Shown piece after piece: positions 53,783 to 64,000 of a DNA stretch of 64,000 nt. The first letter of the stretch is position 1; each line of letters opens with the position of its first letter. Source of the stretch: Octopus sinensis (taxonomy: Eukaryota); contig NW_021833248.1 in assembly GCF_006345805.1 (NCBI RefSeq), positions 16,676-80,675 on the forward strand, in the 5' to 3' direction. The notes below the pieces were generated by a model. It saw only the letters and a program-made list of their open reading frames with translations, was not told the DNA's origin and did no database searches. Position numbers and translations under genes: made by a program.

Positions 53783-54000
53783 GGCTGAAATGTTCTTGTC
53801 TTTGGGCAAAAGAAAATACAGGAGGATCAGTTAATTATGATTTTATTTAACTTTTCCCCTTCTCAGATTCACACACTTATTACATCGGTCCTTCAGTTTC
53901 CTTGAGCCATGTAAAATGAGCTCAGAATGTTGAGCCTCCAACCAAGCCTCTGTAGCAGTGATCACTTCCGAATAGGAGTGAAATTATCATTAAAAACTAC
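53783..54000 (-). mobile_element. Mariner 3' terminal fragment
   Basis: TA|CGAGTGGAGGCTGAAATGTTC TIR-like end; EVITATEAWLEAQ...RKLKDRCNKCVNL on the minus strand. Confidence 0.65.
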
Positions 54001-55485
54001 TGTTTGCTAATTTAATTAACAGGGTATTTTCCTGCGTTGTGATAATAACACATCTCAAATCTCAAGAATATTTCTTAGAGGTCTTGCATATATTCCTATA
54101 TCCTTTCAGCTTTTTGGGGGTGTTGTGTTGAGTGCACCAATTAAAAGAAGATTTTTTTTTTATATGCAATCTAATATCGATAGACTGTGTAGCGATTAGA
54201 ATGAACTTGAGTTGGATTTGAACTCAGTAATTAAAGCATTAAAAAATTACCACAAGTTAATTTGTCTGATCATTTATCTATTCTCCCGCATCCCAGCCAC
54301 AAATTAAAATTGAGAATAGCTCAAAGATATTAATAGTTCATGATACTAAGCTCCAGTTCACCTCTTATAGAGCGGACCTCTGATCCAAAGCGTTCCAGAT
54401 ATAACCATTCGTTATTTTAAAAATGGTACAGTGTATTATCTGTGTTGCTATAACGAACGCATTAAATGATGTTTTAGTGTCTTTGTTGTTGATTCAACTC
54501 TTCGTGAGTCGTATTAATGAATGGCAGAAGGTGTTTTGTTTGCATATTTAAAAGATGAGTGGAATATAAAACAGTTTTATCTGCAGAGGAGTTTTGGGTT
54601 CTAAGCGGCTGAGAGGACATTATTATCAGAGTTAGAAGAGCTTAGAAGAGATTATTTAATTCGCATAAAGTACATTAGTCGACAATCGAAGACCCATTAA
54701 AGAACCAGTCGCTTCATATGCTGCGACAAAACATCCCGTTAAGAATCTCCCAATCCAGTTTGAAGATGAAGTCGATAAATGAGCATTAGTTTACTGGAAG
54801 ATTCTCAATCAGCTGTAGTTTAAAATCATATAAAGGAATCAAATTCACAATATATCTCATATCGAAGTTGCCAAGACATGTAACTATAAATGTGTCGTGT
54901 AAAAATATGATAAAATGACTATTAGAAATCACTGAGTAACGGAAAAATACACAAGGTGATAAAAAAGGGAACCTTTAATAATAAGTTAGAGATGCTTGAG
55001 ATAAGAGCAATAATCGGGATATTCGTAAGTTAGGAAGGTTACTTCTTTACGCTTTAATGATGCAGTAATCAGTTTCTATTCATATTAATTAAGATGTGGG
55101 GAGTATCAACATTGGTGAGTTTAACACCTGAGCATACATTTCTAACTTTAGTGGATGGAATATCGATTGGTCACACTATCTTGATGTATCGTGAGGAATA
55201 AAATATTTAATACATAATAACTATGAGCATTACGGGATGAGAGAACGTTGTAGAAAAGAAAATTTTAGAAAGAGATTGTGTACGGAAAAACAAAACTGGA
55301 AGGTAAATGATTATCAATTCTGCTTGTCAGTGTACAGTTAGAAATCAGTCTGAATTGGGGTGTACTGAGTGAGAGAAAATAATTCTAAGTCAGTCAGAAG
55401 TTAATATTGGCCTGAAATTAACACAAGTTATTACCTCTCCAAAAGATTTAACGCATGAAACATATTTTTCCTTGTCTTCCTAAAG

Positions 55486-55659
55486 CTGAATGTCCAACGT
55501 CAGACAGCTACACTTATCAACCAGAATTTAGATTATGTTATCAAATAAATTCAAATAAAATGTCATGGAATAACGCTGCAGACGATTGCAATGAGAAACG
55601 AGGACAACTTATTCACATTAGAAATTTAGAAGTAATGCTCTATCTACAAGAAAAATTGA
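55486..55659 (+). CDS. Exon 2 (N-half of C-type lectin domain) of PAN-CTL gene copy C
   Basis: Acceptor cttcctaaag|CT, donor A|GTGAGT, 174 nt, phase 1-1. ECPTSDSYTYQPEFRLCYQINSNKMSWNNAADDCNEKRGQLIHI matches the CTLD start (C..CY....SW..A...C....L). Confidence 0.88.
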
Positions 55660-56041
55660 GTGAGTAACAGTTTGTTATTTTATACACACACTCCCGCACA
55701 CATAACACGCACTCACGCGCTTTCTTTCTCTCTTCCTCTCATTAAAAACATACACGCGCACGCGCACGCGTACACACGAGCGCAAATGTACTCAAGATAT
55801 ATCAAATTTCATAAACTATAACTGTTCAATGAAATTCTTGATTTAAATTTTCTGCTATTTTGCAAATTACATTCCGTTTTTCTTGCAATTATTTTCTTTT
55901 ATTTGTACTTTCTACTCTGATTATTTATTTAGTGACTAGAAAATACACCAACTTTTGATAAAATATCGAATGTAGTCACTAATTTCGTACATATTTTTAA
56001 AAGAATTATATTATACTATCATTTATTCTCAATGCGTTACA

Positions 56042-58560
56042 AAAAATTTATTTATTTATTTATTTATTTACGCTCGTTCAATGAATTAACTAACTATTAT
56101 TTAATAATCATAATAAATTATTTAATTCATTGGACGGGCGTAAAATTAATTGTAGACACAAAGTACTTTACTTATATAATAAATAAATTTTTAGATAAAT
56201 AGCGACTAAATTTAAACCCTATTTTTGTTTCTAATTTGTAGTTATATTTTGTACTACTATTAATTCTAAAATTTAGCATGTGATCTTATATTGTATATTA
56301 CATACTTTAATAAGTCTAATTTGGTATTAATTATTGAATAAATAAATAATTAAATAAATAAATAAATTAATTATTTGTAGTAGTGTTGTGATTGCACTTC
56401 TGTAGGTGGTTTGAGTATAAGTCAATAAGAGTTAGTAAAGGTTCTCTAAAACTTAGAGTTATATTATATTTAGATGTTTATTTTATTGCTAAATATATAA
56501 TTTATTTAGTGCATATAAATTAAAAGATAGTTATTTCATTTTTGTGGTTGATATTGTTATTATTATTATTATGATTATTATATATCTACTAAAATTAATA
56601 GTATTAAGTATATATATCTTTTTGGTAATAGTTTTAGTAACGTTAAATAAATAATTTTGAATGTGTAGTAAAATAATTTTTTCTTTATGTACTCTTTATT
56701 TATAATGATAATATATGCTTTATTTATTCAATTAATTAGCGAAGTCTTTGATCTAAATATAAATTACTTTACCTATATAATAAGTTTAATCTATTATTAT
56801 TTTAGCATTTGTTTTGAGTATTAATATGATATATATTTGTTATAAACGACAGTTAAGTTTATAGTTTGTAATAATTTTTTTTTATATCAAAATGTATTTA
56901 TATCGTATATTTCGAAGTAAATTTATTTAGATGTTTATTTAATTAATTATTATTAATAAATTTTAATTACATCATAGTTTTAAAATTAATTTAAGCTTAT
57001 TAATTAGTGGTTATAATATAGATACTGAATGAATTACTACTGAGTTAATATTGAATGTTTTAAATAAAGATTTGACTCCAACGTAACCATATTTTTTATA
57101 TATATGAAATAAATTAATTTGTATAAGATTATTGGAGAATATACAGTAAATAGTAGTTATATAAATTATTTTAATTTATAGAGTTTTGAGTATAATTTAT
57201 TGTAGTTAATTATAAATTTTAGTTTTATTGTGAAAGATATGATAGTGTATAGTGATTCTATTCTCTATTAATGAATTTGTTCTCTTTATCTATTAAATCT
57301 AAAATATATTCGTAGTTTTCATTGATGAAATATATTCGTAGTTTTCATTGATAAATGAATATTTCCATCTCTTTGTTCTATTTCTGTTAATAACGTAATT
57401 CCACAAGTTTTATTATAAACGCTTAAAAAGTTGTTTTCCGTTTCGAAATTTTAGTTAATGACTCGCTTTTCGAAAGTTAAGTAAACTTTTTTATTCAATA
57501 AATTTTATTGTATTCTATATAACTATTGATTGTTAAATTTGAATTTATAATTATTTTAGTTGTTTATGATAATTTAGATATGTACATTTATTTAATTATT
57601 ATTAATATATAATTATTATAACTGAACGTAAATTTTAAGATATTAGTTAGTCACTGTGGTATATAGATCGTAAAAATTCTTTTGATAAGGATGATAATAG
57701 TGATGATAATAGTAGTAATAAGATTGTTTAAAGATAGGTTATACATTTTTAATTTGATTTTTTAATTTTTAAATTGTATTTCATAAATATATTATATAGA
57801 TATTTATAATATTTATGCAACTAATAATGGACTAATTAAATTTTGGTTTTATGTTTATATATTTATTGATAGAGAAAATTTTAGATTTTTAATTACTAAA
57901 TTTGTTGATTATGATTTAGATACTTATTTTCATGTATTTATTATTTTATAATTATTAGATGTGAACTTTAATCTAAAAATATTAAGAGTGATTATTTTGC
58001 TAAATAAATTGGTAATTAAATATTGGAGTATAACTGAGTTCGATAGTTTATTGTTTTTTAAGCCAAATTATATCTTCAAAGATAAATACATATTTCTATC
58101 TATTTTTTCACCTTAAAAATTAAATATTTAACATAATAAATGTGTTGTAGGAAATAATCTTAATGTTTTAAGTTTCAAATTTAGTTAATGGAGTTTCTTT
58201 CTATAAGAAAAATTATTATTTTATTTATTTTTTTAAATAAATATTGTTTAACTCTATTTGCATATTTGTTTAACTGTTATCATTAACCTGAAGATTGACT
58301 ATAATTTTAAATCGAATTTAATTCAATTGAATTTAAACTTAACTGTAATTCGAATTTAATTGTAGCCATGAAACGTACGCAGTTTTTTTACTTATTATAT
58401 ATTGATCATTCATTTTTATACTTTTTGAGATCTAGTTATATGATTTATAAAAATATATATTATTTGCTTTTTACGTTTTGGCTTATGTCTATCACAGTTT
58501 GAGTAGCATAATAGTGGTTTTATCTCTAATTTATATTTTATATATTTATATTGTGTAATT
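56042..58560. other. Extremely AT-rich, G-skewed insert of unknown origin
   Basis: Sampled 60-nt lines have 5-10 G+C (57181-57240: 10 G, 0 C). No ORF of 60 aa or more; (TTTA)n at 56047-56070; no counterpart seen in copy A. Confidence 0.6.
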
Positions 58561-58611
58561 CATTTTAATACTAAACTGAATTTTCCCCAGTAAGTTTGGA
58601 GTTATACTCCG

Positions 58612-58674
<63 letters not shown>

Positions 58675-58765
58675 ATTTATGTATGTATATATTAATAATA
58701 ATAGTATGACAACAAAAGAATGAATGAGACCTCGATATTATGTAAATAGAGGAATTTATCTATAA

Positions 58766-59672
58766 TATAATATGTGACAATTAGTTGGTTGCCATAATAA
58801 AACACAGACTTTCGGTTGTCGGGGCGGAATACAAAAATGCTATGAAAATGACCATTAAATAAAGGGAAATTACTATGAAGATGACCGTTATTTAGAAAAA
58901 CAAGAGAGCTATGATAATGACCGTTAAATAAAGGGAAATTACCCGAATAGGAAGAAAGTAAAAATACTCGAAGAAGGTAAACACACGCTCATAGAATCCG
59001 CGTATGCGTGCATGTTCATACATGCACATGCGGACACGCACACCCACGTGCATGTGCATATATGCCTATGCTCGCTCAACCTCGCGTGAAATACATACAT
59101 GCACACACACACACACCTATATGTATACATATGTATGCATCCATACACATGTACACATATACATACTCGCACACACGTACACATACACGTATATCTATCC
59201 ATACGCGCAAAATTATGCTCATATACACGTCTCTATATGCACTTGCACAAATATGAATGGTCTGTACATTACCTTTCACCCTGCATATTTGTGTATGTAC
59301 GTATAGAAACGTGTATATGAAAATAATTGTGCGCGTAAGGGTAAAAATACGTGTGTATGGGTATGTATATGTGTACATATGTATGGATACATAAGGTGTA
59401 TGTGTGTGTGTGCATGTATGTGTTTCACTTGAGTGTGAGTGAGCATATGCATATATGCACATGGGCGTGCGTGCGCGCATGTGCATGTATGGAGAGTGGG
59501 TTTACCTTCGAGTATTTTTACTTTCTCCCTATTCAGGGAATTTCGCTTTGTGTAACGGTCATTTTCATAGCATTTTTGTCTTAATAACTGACGAGATGCC
59601 GGAGCAGAATTCTGCCCCGACATCCGAAACTCGAGTTTTATTATGGCAACAGACTAATTGCCACATATTATA
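58766..59672. repeat. Imperfect ~400-490-bp-arm inverted repeat (Penelope-like pLTR-type)
   Basis: tataatatgtgacaattag...gccataataaaac and ttttattatggcaac...ctaattgccacatattata are complementary, as are aaaaatactcgaag/cttcgagtattttt. The centre is at about 59260-59285. Confidence 0.8.
59582..59643 (+). ncRNA. Type I hammerhead ribozyme motif (GUU) with long stem II and palindromic stem III
   Basis: Stem I TAATAA/TTATTA; CTGACGA 59588-94; stem II GATGCCGGAGCAGAA/TTCTGCCCCGACATCC; GAAA 59626-29; ACTCGAGT palindrome; GTT triplet ending 59637. Confidence 0.72.
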
Positions 59673-60239
59673 TCCTCTTTTCTCTCTTTCTCTGTCTCTC
59701 TCTCCTTACATACCCACCTTCCCCTTCATCCTTCGTCAACGCTCCCCCATAAGCTCACCTCACCCCTACACATTCCTACTCCACCTTCCCTATCCTTCCC
59801 ATCCACCCATCCTATCCCCTTCACCCTCTCCCACATACTCCATCTCTACCCCACCCTCTGCCCACCCACATACCACAACAGTACCCCAACCCTCAGCCGA
59901 ACCCACACCCCACCCGTGCTTTCCCCACTCTCGCCTCCCCACCTCCCAACAACATCACACACACCAAACTACATCATACAACGTTACTCATTATATCACA
60001 ATACATCACCCACACACCAGCACTGACCAATTCCCATCCACACATTTTCACAGCTACACATACATATATGCACACGTCAAGACCACCAGCCCTCTTTCAC
60101 ACGCACATACGTACTCATTTATACACACACGCACCTTCGTGTTTGGGGTCATCTTTATTTTGTTATCTCCCCTACTTCTTCGCTCTCCTGTGTGACCCTT
60201 CTGTCCGGAGTCGCCATGATAGATCGGTAGTCACTACAC

Positions 60240-60410
60240 ATGTTTTCTCTCCTTGTTTCTCTCCTTGTTTTTTTCTGTGTCTTTTTCTGTAGAAGAGCAT
60301 AGGCTCGAAACGTAAAAGACTTTTTCAATTTCTGAGCGTTATACTAATACATCTGTTTGTTTTGTACACCACCTGTCTTGGTCTTTTGTTTTTTCGTGAA
60401 CTCTCTCCTA
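60240..60410 (+). mobile_element. Penelope-like pLTR-type short repeat (same family as 12672)
   Basis: gagcataggctcgaaacgtaaaagac core and flanks match 12672-12830; followed by (TA)n. Confidence 0.55.
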
Positions 60411-60443
60411 TATATATATATATATACTCATACATACATATAT

Positions 60444-60538
<95 letters not shown>

Positions 60539-61470
60539 GAACATGAAAACATGATATACGTTAAACTATTTCTTTATCGCTGCTGAATTATTTCTTTTTG
60601 CCACCGAGATCAAGGAAGAGATTTCGGTATCTAGTTGTGTGACAAAAATAGCAAGAATTAAATTTGAATTAATATATACGGTAGGATATGATTCATGGAA
60701 GAGCACGAAATTATTCTTGACACAAGCACAAAATCTAAAATTTGAGGCGGGTGGCTTGTAGTCTATTACTCTGATTGCAGAGAAATACAAGGTAAAGTTA
60801 GCCACGGAGGCATATAGATTCAAAATTTAAAAGGCTAGCACAAACACCCCGAATCATTTCCAAAACTCTCGAACAAACTTGGAGTGGAAGTTATAAGGCG
60901 TGAATAAATGTAATGTTTTCTACTGATATTATTATTTATAGTCTACTTTATGATGTTCCCTAACTTTCCTAATAACAATACGTGTGTAGCTGAATATTTT
61001 ATGAAACCATTAAAAGAGAAAAAAATAGATAATTAGAAATATAATTATTACAGTAAGTGGTTGTTGTTTTCTAACGTTGTGATTTTACAATCCTAACATT
61101 CACACTGATATTTCTCGTAAGTCATATATTTGGGAAATAGCCTGAACAATTCATCTGTCCGCTCTCTGGACGTTTAAAGTGTGATCTTGCTCTTCAAGAT
61201 TGACAAATACAATATTTCTCCAGATATCAGTGTTGTTCAACTAGCTAGAAATAACAGTTAAATTATCTTTTCTTCATGTTTATCGTCACTAGAAAAGATC
61301 CCATAAGGCCTCGTGTAGGTAGTGATCCACTTAAAGACGGATAGTGTCGTGAATGAGATCTTTGGTATTAAGTCACCCGTTGTTCACGGCAAGCCCAATG
61401 CTAAATAACAACTAAATAACAGCAAATATTCCTACTCCACCTCCACCTCTTCCTCCTCCTCCTCCTCCTC

Positions 61471-61513
<43 letters not shown>

Positions 61514-61529
61514 CACCACCACCACCACC

Positions 61530-61603
<74 letters not shown>

Positions 61604-61942
61604 AACGTTAATAAATTTCTAAAGATGTACTTTGCATTCAGCTTGAAAAGCACTTATATCATAAATATGTGATCAGCTTTCATATTATTCATAACCTTAT
61701 ACTGTAGAATCACGTTGCAAATTTTCCTAGGAGAAAGAAATATCAATTTTGATGGAAATTTTACAGCTAGTCAATGAGCGATAGTAACTTTCTTTTATTG
61801 CATATCGTAATGGCTGTAAACGATATCGAATATTTGGATTACAAAAGCAAAGTTGTAAACGCAAAAATCATTATCTTTCTTCTCATAAAGAAAATCTATT
61901 CCTTCTTAAGCCTTTCATTATGATCATCTGTTTTAAAAACAA

Positions 61943-62404
61943 CTAGCAGTATAACACGGCTTTGACCGGGATTAAGTAAGGATTATTAAGCAAATTAAGA
62001 TCTTTATTTCAAACCAAACTAAGTAGCATCTACGTCAAATTTGTGGGAAATTGGTTTATATATATATGGGCAACACAAACACATACACACGCATACGTGC
62101 GTACACCTATTGCATACAAGTTTTTTGCACACATACATGTTCGTGTGTGTGTTTGTGTGTGTGCGTTGCCCGTATATCAATAAAACACCTTTTTCGTCGA
62201 TTGAAAAATAACAAAAGTCTTAACAAAACTTACTCGTCGCTAGAAGGGGACTTAACTCCTGTTTGCAAACAATTGTGATTTCTCCGACTTGAAAATTGTT
62301 AAAAGTTTTGGTTGAAAATTTATTTTTTACTGCTATTCACTGGTACCTGGTAAAAATAAGTTGACGAAAATACAGCTAGGATCTGGACGAATATTCTCCT
62401 GAAA
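61943..62404 (-). mobile_element. Truncated Helitron, same family as 940-2543
   Basis: ACTAGCAGTATAACACGGCTTTGACCGGGATTAAG matches ACTAGCAGTATAGCTCGGCTTTCTCGGGATTAAG at 939; the internal parts match 960-1050, 1720-1810 and 2220-2450. Confidence 0.8.
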
Positions 62405-62579
62405 TGTATTGGTGAACAGTCAACAGCGTTGGAGAGCATAAATATTAACGTTGTAGCTGAGAAAAAGTCAGCTGACATGGAAGACAAGAAAGTAGCTGAA
62501 TATTGGAAAGATTTACCTGTATCAAATGCCAGTCTCATGGCTTCTGCTCAAAGTTCTGTGCGCAATGAAATAACAATAA

Positions 62580-63520
62580 GATCTGATACGGTCATCATGA
62601 AAGCGAAGTTATCCCAAAATGTGATGGTCTTTGGGAGTGTCTCCAGTAAGGATGACGTCATGCATCCCACATCCTTGAGCAGGGATTAAAGCACAATACA
62701 TTTAGCTATGCGAAGCTTCTAGAGACTGTAGTCAAACCCTACCTGAAGAGGGTTGCTACTGGAAAACCATATGTGTGGTGGTAGGATTCGTCGTCTTGAC
62801 ATACCTCTTGAAATATTCAAAGTGGTTGTCGTAGAATATCTACGACTTCACCTGCTCCAACTTCGGAGATCCTAATTTCTCCAATTTTCATCCAACGGAT
62901 TATTACGTGTGGGGCACAGTTGAGGACACCAACTGCCCTGCCTGCAACACTAAAGCCGTGCTGGTAGCCGAGTTCAAGGAGGTGTCTGAAGCTTTCCCAT
63001 GTACATATTGAGGAACGCATGTGCCAAGTTTCGGAGCTGTCTTGAGGCCGTGATGGAAACTGAGGACGGTATTTTGAGTATACCTTTATCTGCTAGCCAT
63101 AATGCTGTTATAATGTGGATCCTTGTCCCCTTGTATGTTATTGTCGGCACTATAATATTCTTGTCGTCACTATTACGTTGTGGTGGTATTCCACATCTTA
63201 TTATCTTTGACTCGTCTATCGTGCTTTCGCTGATAGCTGCGCAAGACAATAACTTTTAAACGTCTACCTTGACGGTAAACTCGAACTCGTATATATCACG
63301 TAACTGACTCAGATTCCAACTGAGAACTCTTACAACGACTGTACTACTACTGACTTCCTACAACGATTGACTATCTGGCTTGTCACGGGGAAAGCGGGGT
63401 ACCATTTTCACTACAACAATATTTTGAATATATTTTAAATATATTTTTTTAATTTTTTGATGGAATATTGTGTTTTCTTTTCCTTTTATGCAAACTTTCA
63501 AATTTAACCTGAACACCCTG
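62580..63520 (+). mobile_element. maT/Tc1-like remnant with right terminus
   Basis: DYYVWGTVEDTNCPACNTKA...LRNACAKFRSCLEAVMETEDG; ends GAACACCCTG|TA. Shared with copy A (9400-9870), so it predates the duplication. Confidence 0.7.
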
Positions 63521-64000
63521 TACATTGATTTTTGAAATGTGCTCAAAGCTCAAAGATTTGGGGAGCAAAGATCAATTAAATCGACTTTTGTCACTAGAGA
63601 GAACGAAATCCCAAGCCCAATCTGATTTCAGATAACATCCTGTCGACAAAATCTGAACTCCTGATGTAAAAATTGTGCGTTATAGTCAGAAGGCTTTGTT
63701 CTTAACGCATATTTTTCTACTTTGATTTTGCAAATTGCAGTATTTTCTTTGCATTAGTTATGATAATATAAGGGTTTTTTTTTTTTATTTCAATAAAATT
63801 GCAGTTCAGTGACTGAAACCAGCATACATGAATGTTCGGATTGTTTGTTTATTTTACTCGAAACAGGTTTATTTGCATTAAAAGCGTGGAAATGTGTGTT
63901 TGAAAACGAAACCTACATCGTGGGAATTGTTTTAGCCAATTATGCCGATTTGCAAACTTTTTTCAATCCAAGGCACATTCAATTAGGTTCAATACGATAG

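Noticed and set aside
56068-56145. SSU rRNA-like words cgctcgtt and gacgggcg suggesting an rRNA or organelle insertion
   Set aside because: Only 8-nt matches, in the wrong order for reverse-complemented SSU rRNA; no readable mitochondrial protein motif in the surrounding island.
59455-60195. 246-aa Pro/His/Ser-rich ORF
   Set aside because: Spans the inverted-repeat arm and a C/A-rich low-complexity tract; no domain or splice support.

Overview
AT-rich, microsatellite-dense animal genomic DNA. The repeat landscape suggests an octopod/coleoid cephalopod (inference, no database check). The only host-gene content is a tandem array of three paralogous, + strand loci of a 3-exon secreted PAN/apple + C-type lectin gene. 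Copy A (exon 1 upstream of the window) has exon 2 almost fully deleted at ~602 and an intact exon 3 at 10763-11001. Copy B (34094-36510) is a pseudo-exon 1 interrupted by a pogo transposon at codon 2. Copy C has intact exon 1 (50230-50584) and exon 2 (55486-55659); its exon 3 is predicted just past the window end. The rest is transposon-derived: a near full-length CR1-like LINE whose ORF1 combines a Myb/SANT-like domain with CCCH fingers, a stack of R4/Dong-type RLE retrotransposons in (TAA)n tracts, Penelope-like elements, Helitrons, mariner/maT/pogo DNA transposons, Tx1/L1 and Gypsy fragments, and tRNA-derived SINEs. Most notable observations: (1) several families of type I hammerhead ribozyme motifs with palindromic stem III, including a 175-bp-arm palindrome carrying one on each strand; (2) an RT-less R4 derivative that fuses the N-terminal DNA-binding-like region in frame to the restriction-like endonuclease; (3) the Myb/SANT + CCCH LINE ORF1; (4) an unexplained ~2.5 kb, extremely AT-rich, G-skewed insert. 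All alignments and folds were done by eye.
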